From Mayamaea pseudoterrestris (taxonomy: Eukaryota), in assembly GCA_027923505.1 (NCBI GenBank), contig BROI01000034.1:124001-188000 (forward strand): DNA of 64,000 nucleotides, in the 5' to 3' direction. Made by a program: the position numbers and the translations under genes. The notes under the pieces are model-generated. The model was not told where the DNA came from. It worked only from the letters and a program-made list of their open reading frames with translations, and did not search any database. Below are positions 1 to 10,885 of this stretch, piece by piece. Within the stretch, counting starts at the first letter, position 1, and each line of letters begins with the position of its first letter.

Positions 1-830
1 GGGTTTGACGCTGAATCTTCCGCATCGTCTTGATCGTCGGCAGGGGAAGCATTGTCATTCGATGTGTTTCCTGATGTTGTACTATCTGTTCCTGAACTGC
101 TCGACGTCCGACTCCACAGGTTGAAATTAAAGGAAGAGGTTGCTCTCGACGGAATAAATCGGTCTGACGCACCATAGTCCATGCTGCTCATGCTCATGCT
201 TGACGACGGTGAACTGTTCACTCGTGAAGCACCAGCAACATGGCTATCCAAACTATCCGATCTCGCAAAAGGTAATGTCGGAGCAAAGAATTTTGAGTAT
301 TGAGGCGGAGCATCAGTCTTGACTGGAGATTGCTGATGTTCCAAGGACAGATCCATCGGTGAACATTGTCCGTCGTCGTCGCAGCTAACAATCGAAGTAG
401 GCCGGAAGATGGAAGAATCTCGATCGCGAGTAATTCCTGGAGGCAGTAGTAATTCCGACTCGGAAGCTCTAGTTGAAAACATCATGCTTCGCGTCCCTGC
501 TGCCAAACGAGCCGCATAGCGGGGATCAAGCCTTGGTCGACGAGGCGAAGGAGGAGGAACTCGAATCAAAATGGGTTGTGCGTTGCGTTCCTTTGAGACG
601 GATGCTTCCATCGGACTGCTCACCGACATGGACGAGCTGAGCGCTGATGATATTGTAGCCGGCGTAGTTTGCATCTTCATTAAAGGCAGTCGGGTCCGCA
701 TGGGAGAAAGCGATTCTTTATGTAGATCAAAATTATCCTCATCGTCATAATCCTCATCTGCTTCCGGCGATACTGGAGCAACCAAAGGCAGATTGGCGCT
801 GTCGTTGGTGAGGACCACCGCATCCAACAT
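1..830 (-). CDS. 5' part of an APC/C activator (Cdh1/Fizzy-related or Cdc20 family); runs off the left edge of the window
   Basis: Open frame from ATG at 830 (MLDAVVLTND...) to the window edge; absent from the ORF track because it has no stop. Encodes DYGASDRFIPSRATSSFNF, containing the C-box DRFIPxR (144-164). The WD40 domain would lie beyond the edge. Confidence 0.75.
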   Translation of the reverse strand, partial: MLDAVVLTNDSANLPLVAPVSPEADEDYDDEDNFDLHKESLSPMRTRLPLMKMQTTPATISSALSSSMSVSSPMEASVSKERNAQPILIRVPPPSPRRPRLDPRYAARLAAGTRSMMFSTRASESELLLPPGITRDRDSSIFRPTSIVSCDDDGQCSPMDLSLEHQQSPVKTDAPPQYSKFFAPTLPFARSDSLDSHVAGASRVNSSPSSSMSMSSMDYGASDRFIPSRATSSFNFNLWSRTSSSSGTDSTTSGNTSNDNASPADDQDDAEDSASN

Positions 831-1490
831 GGTTGACTGTGATCGATAAATTAGTTTGTGTCGCCGAGTCAATCACAAGGAGAACCGTTTTTTAGCCTTG
901 GCGATTGCCGCGTTTCTTTAGCAATATCTGTGCGACGCACTCGTGCCGACGATCAGTTCGCACCCCGAATAGTAGTCGACTATCGAGTCGCACACGCCAC
1001 CACACACAAGTAGATCAACAGAATAGCAAGCCTCTTGCAAGAATGCAGAGCATTTAAGATATAGCAATGGCCTTTCCTCTGTACAAATGAATGAGAAACC
1101 CAAATAAACACCAACTGCTCGGAGCTGGTGTTGGTTCCTCGTCAAAATTGTGTTAGCCGCGAGTGATTGCGCGTTGAATCGATGTGACTGCCGCCAACCG
1201 GTCTAAATAAATGAGAGCAAGCGGCATTGAATTCTCGCTGGCCCCATTGAATATTCGGTTAGTTAGCAGGCATTTTGAAACGGACGATTATGTCGTGCTT
1301 GACAAACTTTGCAAGTCTCGGAGTACCTATAACGTCATGCATCAATCTGAGAGTGTATGGAGTCGGCACATTGGTTCACGCGGGACCTTGAAACGAATTG
1401 TCGAGGGATAGGATGTACATGGCAAGCGGATTCGCGTAATCACAGCCTATTTATTTGATACTGGTAGCAAAAACATAAGAAGCCACAACT

Positions 1491-3092
1491 CTACTCCTTC
1501 TTTTCTTCATCTATAGCTAAAGGTGTGTCGTCGTCAATAGGTGCATCGTCGCCGACAGCAACATCCTTTGAAGACATGGGCTCTGGTGCTGGCGACGATC
1601 TTGGCAAATCTGGCGGCAAAGGCGACGGAGCTGAATTCAAGTTTGGATCAGTCAGATCATCGTCCAACGGCAACGGCGTAGATCCCGTGACATGCGGCTG
1701 ATGTTGGGAAGCATACATCGACATAACAGCGTCATTTGACGGTAACGCGGGAGCAATTGGCTGTAAATGATCGACGCCAGATGACATAGAGTGGCGCAAC
1801 ATACCGTCTGGATACATTGATGATGGACCATGATGAGCAGGTTCGCCAACTACCATACAAGTTTCGTTTGAAAAGGGTTCGACTGCGTAGGACGCTGGTA
1901 AACCTTGGATTTTTAAGTTGAGTCGTCGCAAGGTCATGAACTGCAACGGAGAAATTCAATTTTGAGATAATGTTTTGGATTGGAAGCAAAGCGAATGACG
2001 TAGCATCTAAATCTGCATCATGGCGGACGTACCTCATCCATTTCAACTTGTATTGCAGCATTACGCGTCTCTGGTGTAGGTTCGTCGGGCCGTCTCTTTA
2101 ACTTGGGTTGATACGGACATACATGTCCCTTCTTTGGTACCCCACAGCGTCCGCACTTGTAACTCCCCCTTCCCTTGTCTTTGGTGCTGCCTCCCGTCGA
2201 GGATCCTTCCATTTCATCATCCATGATGCCGCCGACGGATCTTGACGTCATGTACGACATGTCAAGCTCGGGTCTTCCATACGGTGCATCGTGTCGCATT
2301 CTACTACTACCTCCACTGCGGGGTGGCGATCTACTACTGCTGCCGCCCCAGTGTCCTCCTGCCGACGGCCCAGTGGCTGCCGGATGAAGAGGCCCCGATG
2401 CGGAAGATGGACCGGGTGGCATGTGCTGTGGCGAATACTGCGAGGACTGACTGGCGCCACCGCCAGGTCCTTGCCAACCGTGCGGCGGCGGCCCATACGA
2501 CGAATTGTGCCATTGCGGAGCGTGAGATGACCATCCAGGATATGGTTGAGGTGGTGGTGGAGGAGGCCGATCATCGACAATTCCGTCCGCTTTGGTTTGA
2601 CTCGCCGCATTAACCGATGATTGCGACGAACGGGGCATGGCTGATGGTGGCGGCCCGCGTTGATAGTACTCCGACGATGACCGATCTCCCGGCATTGGCG
2701 GAGGACCACGTTGCGGATACATCTGTTTTAAACAAGCGGAAAAGAATTAATGAGCGTGTAACCTTGTGTTCATTAAATCTCACAAATACAACAGCAACAA
2801 TCGGACTTACAGGGTAACCTGCTGGAGGCGGAGGCGGACCACTATACTGCGGTCCCCACATATTGTACCCACCATGTGAAGCTGATTGCGGCGGTGGAGG
2901 CCCTCCGTAATGTTGTGGTGGAGGAGGATACCGATGTTGCGGAGTCATTTGCTGAGGAGGATAACTTGAAGGTGGTCTGCCGACTTGTTGTTGCTGTTGC
3001 TGCTGCTGATCGTCTTGCTGGTGCTCTTCCACTGGTTTCGGGCGCTTATGGGGACTTTGTTCCTCAGACTCCGGAGATGCAGGTGATGCCAT
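1491..3092 (-). CDS. Pro/Gln/Gly-rich protein with a CxxC-x6-H-x-C zinc-knuckle-like domain (3 exons: 3092-2811, 2722-2033, 1940-1491)
   Basis: GT-AG introns 2810-2723 and 2032-1941 join three ORF-track pieces in frame, giving GRGSYKCGRCGVPKKGHVCPYQPKLKRR...IQVEMDE|FMTLRRLNLKIQGLPASY. Confidence 0.75.
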
Positions 3093-3727
3093 TGTGAATT
3101 GTTGATATCAATCAAGTAAATGATTAACTAAATGAGCTTCTGGCTTGGCTGCGAGAAATTAAAATGAGGGTTAGCATTGCAGCAACAAAAACACCCATCT
3201 ACAGGGACCAATCTTCCTCGCCTTTTATCCATTATAGATTATTATAATGCGCTTCTGGAACGGCATGTTTGATGCCTTTATTTGTAATGAATTCCAACTT
3301 CCACGCCCATTATGACCCTCAAAAGCTTGCGCTCGACACGAAAACCAAATCGTACCTTCGCCGACGCTTTGATTATTGGACCAAGCCCTCGCAAGCGCTA
3401 AAAAGTAAACAAACAAGCAAACTAATTATCGAATATTGTAGGAGCGCTCAACTATTGATTTATACTGTCAAAGTGGAACGCACTATTGCAGTTCATGGCA
3501 AGCCGCAGCGTTCCGTTCATCTTCACCATCGTCGTCGCTCCGACGCGACCGACCCATCCATCCGTTGAAGAACCTGAGCCTTATGTAGCTCCGCGAGCTA
3601 AACAGCTGAAAGGTATCTTTCGCGATCCGAGGGCATAAGTCATTGGATTCTTCGCACGAGTTGTGCCAGTGACTTTTTGCGGCTGGGTAAAAAATGGCCG
3701 AAGCCAAGTCGGACACTCTCATTCAAC

Positions 3728-5164
3728 ATGATGAACTTTGCGGCACGATACCTACGACCTGTAGCTACTACTAGCGCGGGAGTAGTAGAAGGAGGAGGAG
3801 AGGTAGAGGAGGAAGTAACCGAAATTCCGCCGGAATTGGAGGCGCGGCTCCGTGGACACAAGGTGGTGGCGTATCCCTCACCAACACGAGGCCGACGAAC
3901 GCAAGCTCCAGATTCATCTTCGCCTCGACCTCGTAGTCTATCGGAGTCTCGGAAAGCGGCTCGGACCAAAGACATTGTCAAGGATGTATACGATCGCATG
4001 GGCATTCCGTATGATCGAGAAGCAGGAGCGGACTTGACAATGACTCGTCCAAGCAGGTCTCGTCGAGTCGAAGATACGTCCTCGGAGCGATCACGTCCTC
4101 GCTCCCTTTCAAAAGGCCGAATTGCGTCCATTTGGCCGCCTCCGTCGCAGCAAACGAGCCTTGATAATTCATGGTCGTTTTCGCCGACAGAGTCTCAGCT
4201 TTCTCCAACGAAACGAACCATGAATGCGACGACGGCATTGGCCTTTCAAAAGGCAAAGCCTTCTACAAATGCCATTCCAGCCTTTGGGAGCCCTGCATAC
4301 TGCAAGGACATGCTGACTCTCATGCCGCCACCGTCTCCGCAGACTGAAAAGAGGGAGGGTTCAGTCTCACCAAAAAGCGCTTTGACGGAAAAGACGGACG
4401 TTGTTTCAGAAACGGACGCATCCAGAGACGACAATTTGGCTGCTACCGTTCAGCAAAAGCGTCTTTCGGTCAAGGACCGCATTAACAATCTTAGCGGTGT
4501 TTCTAAAGAGCCTCTTGTCAAGACGCGCTACGTTCAGTCACGCAGCGGTGACACCCAACTAGCGGCGAAAATTGCGTCTGGAGGGGGAGGGGGACTTGGA
4601 TTAGTGTCAAAGGTTGACGGTTCGTTTGGAGAGAAGAACGATAGTGAACTGGCCATTGAAAAAGGATCGAGTCATCGAAGCGGAGAAGTGCCTATTAGCA
4701 AGGCGAGTTCAATACGCCATATTGGAACTGCCTCGTACCTGCCAAGCTCAAAAGCTGTGGCACCATCAACAAGTGCACAGTTTGTCAGCAGCAAGCGCCA
4801 ACCCTTGGCGTCAAGTGCTTTTCGCCGTACAGGGCCTGCTGAGACGGAGAAATTGACCAAGCTTACGACGCACGGGAAGTCATTTTCTTCCAACGACGAC
4901 GACGATAGCACCGCGAGACGCCTAGTTAGTATGCAGGCACGCGAGTCTGTCTTGAGCAATAGAGAATCCATGGATATGTCATACCATAACGACGATATCG
5001 ACCGGCTCATTGACGAACGGGTGCAAGCGCATGTGGCTGTGATTGAAGCCCGCATGGAGACGCAGCTTGGACGCTTCATGGAAGAAGTGAATCGGGAAAT
5101 GGAGCGAATGCAGGCTCAACTGAAGGAGCTGCACGCGTTCAAAGCTGCTTCCTACCGCAAGTGA
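3728..5164 (+). CDS. Hypothetical Ser/Arg-rich, largely disordered protein with a C-terminal coiled coil
   Basis: Long single ORF; first in-frame ATG at 3728 (MMNFAARYL); heptad-like tail IDRLIDERVQAHVAVIEARMETQLGRFMEEVNREMERMQAQLKEL. Confidence 0.7.
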   Translation: MMNFAARYLRPVATTSAGVVEGGGEVEEEVTEIPPELEARLRGHKVVAYPSPTRGRRTQAPDSSSPRPRSLSESRKAARTKDIVKDVYDRMGIPYDREAGADLTMTRPSRSRRVEDTSSERSRPRSLSKGRIASIWPPPSQQTSLDNSWSFSPTESQLSPTKRTMNATTALAFQKAKPSTNAIPAFGSPAYCKDMLTLMPPPSPQTEKREGSVSPKSALTEKTDVVSETDASRDDNLAATVQQKRLSVKDRINNLSGVSKEPLVKTRYVQSRSGDTQLAAKIASGGGGGLGLVSKVDGSFGEKNDSELAIEKGSSHRSGEVPISKASSIRHIGTASYLPSSKAVAPSTSAQFVSSKRQPLASSAFRRTGPAETEKLTKLTTHGKSFSSNDDDDSTARRLVSMQARESVLSNRESMDMSYHNDDIDRLIDERVQAHVAVIEARMETQLGRFMEEVNREMERMQAQLKELHAFKAASYRK

Positions 5165-5229
5165 GGACTATGTCATGTGTGACAATGTGTTGTATGTAAA
5201 CTTAAACTTAGCTTTAGTGTGAAATTAAA

Positions 5230-7140
5230 CTACGACGTTGTATTCACCTTCTTTGGCCGTTTTTTAGCCGATTGCCTTCCTTCCACTGGGCGCGACGGTG
5301 CAGCTGTTGTTGCTAGCACTGGTTCTGAAGGCGCAGCAACATTATGACTGGAAAGAACATCCGCATCCGCCATTGGTGGAACATTATTCTCAGGTGGTGC
5401 GTCGGCCTTTCTCTTGCGTTTCACAGCCTTCTTTGCAATTGCTTGAAAGGACGAATCCTTGTTCTTGTCGCCTGACTTTGGCGCAGCTGCACTAGCCTCC
5501 GTCTTCACCGACGCAACTGCTGCATGAACAGTTGCCGCCGGGCGTGGTTGCTTGGACTTGAGTGCTCCAGGATTTACAGGTGCTACACCTGCAACCGTGG
5601 CTAGCATTGCTTTTGTTTTGCCGCCCGAGCCCGGATTCTTCGTCTTGGCCCGTGCGACAGGACTCGACGCTACAGGCACAGCCGGAGTTATACCAAGCAG
5701 AGTGTCTTCGTCCACTACCCTACCTTCGCCACCCAGCTTGGCCAGTCTGAGGCGTTTGCTTTGAATGATTCCTTCCTTTTGGATCACTTGCTTCTGACAA
5801 ACAAGTAGTGTTAAAGCGTCTCGACGAACTTGGTCGTAAAGATCGCTTACCCGCTTGGTAGCAATTGGTTTTGCTGGAACTTTCAGATGCGTCAACATCT
5901 CATCCATTCGATTCAAGAGAGACTTGTTGATGCCAGCTGTACCACCAGTCGCTGGAGGAGCCAACCGACCAGATTGCAGGTATGGAACTTGAGACACTGG
6001 CTTGGGAGCTGTGCTACCAAACGCTTGATCCAGCACCGCTGGATCGATGCACGGGACTGTGGATCCAGGCATTGTTAAAGTGCCTCCGGAAGCTTTTCCC
6101 TTTGCTGCAGCCAACACATGTCGGCCAGACTTTTTTAGCTTACGCAACTGCGCTTCAACAAGCTTGAGCTCCTTTCGAATTTCCAATTCCTCCACTTCGT
6201 CTTCCTTGGGTCGATTCCAGAGGGCTTCCAAATGAGCTCTTCGGCCTCGCTCATATTCCAAATCAAACTTCTTGTTGGTGGTACCAGAGCCAGTATTTTG
6301 AATGAGAGGTTGGTTCTCTGACTCTGTCGAAGCCAGCGCTCGAGCCGCAGCAGTCTCCATCAATATGGCTTCTGGTGCGCCCGAGGTATGGCCAGACGAG
6401 TCGTGCCGTGAGGCCGCGGTAGACGCCACTAAATGCTGAACCTCCTTCGCTGCTTCCTGCGCAATCCTGGCCGCGTTAAGTTTGGATGCTACCGAGTAGT
6501 ATCTGTGCTGCAAATCTTCAATCTTCTCTGAGCAATCAATTCCAAACGCCTCGATCCAGCGGTCGTGGATAATTGGCCATCGCAACTCAAATCGACGAGC
6601 CAATTCAAGTAAAAAATCTGTCTGACTCTTGCTCCACGAATCATTTTGACAGTAACTCTTGTATTCTTCATCATTGTAGGTGACTGGATCAAGATGAATA
6701 TCAAATCTGGCGTACGGATAGTCGGGGTACTCAACATTGGCGCGGACCCAGTGATGAAAGATTGCTCCGTCCGTTCGAGCGCTTGAGGAGAACGGCGCCC
6801 AAGCCCACTTTCGAGCAGGCTTGGCAATGGAGATGAACTTGTTTCCAACCTTGACAACGTCCGGTCCACTCTCAAGGCGAATGTTGGATTCGGAGGCTGC
6901 AACGGAAGTGTTCGATGATGTCATGGTATTCAATTTTGTAACTACCGGAACGCTCATGGGATGCTTCAAAGACATTACGCTTGCCTGACTGGTAGAAGAT
7001 GCGCCGCCACCCAGTAGTTGCATAGATTTGTTAGGCTGATAGCCGGGAGGCTTGGCCGGAGGAGGGGCGGCCGGTGTGGGCACCACGGACGCGGATGACA
7101 GCTCCTTCGAGACGCCGAGAATTTGGGCAATGTCGGACAT
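5230..7140 (-). CDS. DMAP1: DNA methyltransferase 1-associated protein 1 / SWC4 (NuA4-SWR1 subunit, SANT domain)
   Basis: 636 aa starting MSDIAQILG; WAWAPFSSSARTDGAIFHHWVR; DYPYARFD; SANT WSKSQTDFLLELARRFELRWPIIHDRW...IEDLQHRYYSV; FDLEYERGRRAHLEALW. Confidence 0.92.
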   Translation of the reverse strand: MSDIAQILGVSKELSSASVVPTPAAPPPAKPPGYQPNKSMQLLGGGASSTSQASVMSLKHPMSVPVVTKLNTMTSSNTSVAASESNIRLESGPDVVKVGNKFISIAKPARKWAWAPFSSSARTDGAIFHHWVRANVEYPDYPYARFDIHLDPVTYNDEEYKSYCQNDSWSKSQTDFLLELARRFELRWPIIHDRWIEAFGIDCSEKIEDLQHRYYSVASKLNAARIAQEAAKEVQHLVASTAASRHDSSGHTSGAPEAILMETAAARALASTESENQPLIQNTGSGTTNKKFDLEYERGRRAHLEALWNRPKEDEVEELEIRKELKLVEAQLRKLKKSGRHVLAAAKGKASGGTLTMPGSTVPCIDPAVLDQAFGSTAPKPVSQVPYLQSGRLAPPATGGTAGINKSLLNRMDEMLTHLKVPAKPIATKRVSDLYDQVRRDALTLLVCQKQVIQKEGIIQSKRLRLAKLGGEGRVVDEDTLLGITPAVPVASSPVARAKTKNPGSGGKTKAMLATVAGVAPVNPGALKSKQPRPAATVHAAVASVKTEASAAAPKSGDKNKDSSFQAIAKKAVKRKRKADAPPENNVPPMADADVLSSHNVAAPSEPVLATTAAPSRPVEGRQSAKKRPKKVNTTS

Positions 7141-7646
7141 GATTCCAACTGTTTGCTGCTAAAGTGTAATTGCCAAAGTTGACTGCTTGACAACGCTAGG
7201 AATGGTTCGTTGTAAATTGCTGCGTTGATGCATGGTGTCGCGGCGAATGCAGGAGGGGTAATCGTGCCAGTCACGATGAGACACCTTTCCATGTCGCCAT
7301 GCCAAAACCTTTGCTTCCTTTTTAAAAATGGCGCTATTATTTAGTTATGCCAGTGTGTATATGGAGCTGCAAGGCTACGGCAATTATAGACGAAGGCTTT
7401 AGACATTTGCATGGGACAGGATTAAAGTATGATCACATCATGGAGCTTGCCGGTTGCATTGCAGTTTGCTGAGGACCAAAGTCGCATGCTTGAATCACAT
7501 TTGAATCTTATGGCACCCGCAACAATCGATAAGATGCAAGCATGTTGCTGTAGCTGGAAAATTCATACGTCGTAAGTAAAACGAAAGCCAAAACTTGGTT
7601 CAAGAACAGTGAATCGATTTGAACACTTCGGCCATCCATTTCCTTG

Positions 7647-8303
7647 TCATTCAAAGTTGTATAGATATACAGGCGAACCAGCTTTTGTGTTCCGATTCAC
7701 CTCCGTCGGCTCCCAGCCTGGAATATGAAACATGTACGCCACGACTCGGAAAGAACGTCCTTCTGCCTTGTGTTGATCGACAACCCTCTGCAGTAAAGGT
7801 GCGATTAGCTTCAAACCCTTGGGGACCAGAAATAGAAAGAGTGCGGTAGCGTCATGTATAGTAAGATCACTGCACAAACACTCGCTCGACTCTAAAGTCG
7901 TTTTGTGTGTCTCTTCGGCCGCTAAAAGAACATCGCCCAAACGCATTTGAACTCGTTTTTGAATTTCACATCGCAATGTCGATATTGAAAGCTCGGCTCG
8001 ATTCACAAACATCTCGTTGATTTCAATCCCCACGCATCTAAGGCCTGCGAATGTTTGCGCTGCCTGTAACAATAGCCTCCCATCACCTGCGCCAAGGTCG
8101 AAAAGAATGTCGTGTTGGCCAAGCTGGAACAGCTCGAGAGCAATCTTAATGGCACTGTCGCTAATTGGATTAAACGGCGCCAAAATGTTCGCTCCAACAT
8201 CCTTTGGATCATGTTGTTTGACGTTATGTTCTGAATGTTTCATTTTTGTGGATTGTGAGACGAATTGGTGCATAGAGGACGACATGATAGGCAGGATTGA
8301 CAA
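7647..8303 (-). CDS. Class I SAM-dependent methyltransferase (FAM173/ATPSCKMT-like protein-lysine methyltransferase fold)
   Basis: APFNP; motif I LFDLGAGDGRLL; GIEI; ATALFLFL; RVVAYMFHIPGW...VYLY. Confidence 0.8.
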   Translation of the reverse strand: MSILPIMSSSMHQFVSQSTKMKHSEHNVKQHDPKDVGANILAPFNPISDSAIKIALELFQLGQHDILFDLGAGDGRLLLQAAQTFAGLRCVGIEINEMFVNRAELSISTLRCEIQKRVQMRLGDVLLAAEETHKTTLESSECLCSDLTIHDATALFLFLVPKGLKLIAPLLQRVVDQHKAEGRSFRVVAYMFHIPGWEPTEVNRNTKAGSPVYLYNFE

Positions 8304-8716
8304 TGGATGCGTTGTCGCTGTCGAGGAACAAATGTGGAGTACCGCTGCGATGAGACCAATGAATGTATGATGGATTCACGTTGCTTGGCGAATTGAAGCA
8401 CAAACACTCTGGAAGAGAAAATGGGTGAGGCTCATTGCACCGGTACTACTAGTAGTGTATAGAAACATGGGTATCATTTCAAACTTGCCACACCGACCAG
8501 TAGTACTTTTGCGGGAACCTAATGCCACCAGAGAACCCTACATCTCACCCCTGACATTCTTGGAAGTAATGTAATGTAGCGAGCGAATGATGTTATATTG
8601 TTGTCGTGGACCAGTGTCTTTCTAACGTGACTTATCATCGAAGAATACTACACTCTGATGATAATATCGGCATATGATATAAACGCAGAACTTGTCGAAG
8701 GCAAAAAGTATATCAA

Positions 8717-8787
8717 TGCGGTTGCAGGGAATCGAACCCTGGACAATTGCTTGGAAGGCAACTATTTTACCACTAAACTACAACCGC
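8717..8787 (-). tRNA. tRNA-Gly (TCC)
   Basis: Reverse complement GCGGTTGTAGTTTAGTGGTAAAATAGTTGCCTTCCAAGCAATTGTCCAGGGTTCGATTCCCTGCAACCGCA: 7-bp acceptor stem, anticodon loop CTTCCAA, T-loop GTTCGATTC, followed by a T5 Pol III terminator at 8703-8707. Confidence 0.95.
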
Positions 8788-8950
8788 GGCTGTGTCGGAA
8801 TGATGACAATAAGTGGAATTAGATCCTTGTTTGTTGTGCTGGTGCGACACACGCCTTTCACCATCTTCATGGATCCTCATTCGAAGATCACCATTGCATC
8901 ACCCCTCATCTTCGTCGTTTCTTGTACTTTCAAGCGATTGTTTACGAGCA

Positions 8951-9924
8951 ATGGATGCCACCATGTTTGGACCCCTGCCCCTAGTCATTGGAAATGACAT
9001 TTTAGATCTTGGTTCCCGCAAGACGTCGCGTCATCGACAGGGAGAGCTCGGACTCGCGAATACGCAGCAACTCATGTGGACTGGAGCGCCTGGACAGTTT
9101 GACTTGCCAAACGTTCCTGATGTGAGTTAAAGACTGAATGAGATTATATGGATGTTGATGTTTTTAAAATGTTTATCTTACGCCTTCTGCAATTCTTTTC
9201 GCTACTCTCACAGCCCGCCCTGTACTGCCGCTCCAATTTTGCTTCGACCTGCGGCACGGGCGACGAGGAGCAGCGCGTCAAGTTTGCCAAGGGAACAACG
9301 ACACTGGCCTTCAAGTTTAACGGCGGCATTATAGTTTCCGTTGACTCGCGAGCCACGCAGGGAGCCTACATTTCATCTGGAACGGTCAAGAAGATTATTG
9401 AAATTAATCCATTTTTGCTTGGCACCATGGCCGGTGGAGCAGCCGACTGCAGCTTTTGGGAGCGCAACCTTGGTATGGAGTGCCGACTCTATGAGCTACG
9501 CAATGGACGTCGCATTACAGTGGCTGCTGCGAGCAAGTTGCTGGCGAATGTCATGTCTAGCTATCGCGGATATGGCTTGTCAATGGGTACCATGGTGACT
9601 GGATGGGATGAGACTGGTCCGCAGCTCTACTACGTTGATGACGATGGAACGCGCTTGAAGGGAAAGTACTTTTCGGTTGGAAGTGGATCGACGTATGCCT
9701 ATGGTATATTGGACAGTTATGTCCGCGATGACTTGACAGTGGAGGAAGCCATTGACGTTGGTAAGCGGGCCATTTACCATGCGACGCATCGTGATGCCGC
9801 ATCTGGAGGAATCAACAACTTGTATCATGTGACCAAGGAGGGATGGCGCGTTGTCCATGCGATTGATGTCAATGATATGCATTACGAGTACCAAGAGGAG
9901 AAGGCGAATGCCATGGCGTCGTAG
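8951..9924 (+). CDS. PSMB5: 20S proteasome subunit beta type-5 (exons 8951-9121, 9214-9924)
   Basis: Propeptide then [62 protein letters not shown]; intron GTGAGT...CAG. Confidence 0.95.
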
Positions 9925-9990
9925 GTTCACACGTAGACGGAAGATAAACAAGCTGTAGTCACTGTCAATTCGATTAACCTTATCTCCCTT

Positions 9991-10722
9991 TCAATCTGAA
10001 AAAAAGTCCTCATCCTCCTCCCAGTCATCATCATCCAATTCGTCGTCAAAGTCTTCTCCTTCCGCCGACAAGCCTGCCATGTCTCCATCCTCCGCCACGA
10101 GGGACGCTGGATTGGCAAAGTCAAGATCAGCCCGCTTGGTTCCATCCGTGAGCTGATCAATCAGAAACATGACATCGACCGCCGCGCCAACATCAACCTT
10201 GTGAAAGGTCAAGTTTGGACATGCTTTCATGTGATTCATACGCTGCGCCAAGGAGTGGCGCAATGCCTTGGTGTTTGTGACCAACCAACTGTAGGCTCGT
10301 CGTTGCTCCATGGCTGGACTAAAGCCTTCCTCCATGTCTTGACGCTTGTTGGGATTCGATCGAATCGATACCGCAATGCGAGCTTGACGAAGATCTGGAG
10401 AAACGTCGACACTGACAATGCTAATTCGCTGTCGAGTAGCCGCTTCGAGTTGGGTGGCGCCTAGTTTGAGTGTTCCGCTCTGGATGATTTGAGCGAGTTC
10501 TGTTTTGACTAATTGGCCAACTCGTTCCTGTCGCTTGGAAGACATTTGTGAATTGTTTGATCTGGAGGATGAGGATGCTCGGTTCGAATTGTATGATGAC
10601 AGCTGGTGCAGCTGACGAGAGTTAGCATGCCGATGATCATGCTGCTTGGGAGTAATGAGAAAGGACTCGGCTTCGTTAAAGCCTGCAAAAAGCGCAGCAA
10701 CTAGAATCAAGCATTGTCTCAT
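9991..10722 (-). CDS. rbfA: Plastid ribosome-binding factor A with a bipartite presequence
   Basis: MRQCLILVAALFAGFNEAES-F signal and transit peptide; KRQERVGQLVKTELAQII; ISIVSVDVSPDLRQARIAVS; LRHSLAQRMNHMKACPNLTF; acidic tail. Confidence 0.88.
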   Translation of the reverse strand: MRQCLILVAALFAGFNEAESFLITPKQHDHRHANSRQLHQLSSYNSNRASSSSRSNNSQMSSKRQERVGQLVKTELAQIIQSGTLKLGATQLEAATRQRISIVSVDVSPDLRQARIAVSIRSNPNKRQDMEEGFSPAMEQRRAYSWLVTNTKALRHSLAQRMNHMKACPNLTFHKVDVGAAVDVMFLIDQLTDGTKRADLDFANPASLVAEDGDMAGLSAEGEDFDDELDDDDWEEDEDFFSD

Positions 10723-10885
10723 GGTAATTATCTGTTCGGTCAAGATAGGTGCGATGTTGGGATCAATAGCAAGGCGTTTCGATGTTGTGATGGCTGGTCG
10801 CCGCGAATCGAAAGCACTAACATCGCAACGGTATTCATTTTTGGAAACGGATGTTTTTTCCTCCCTTCGTTCATTTTCGTCGACC

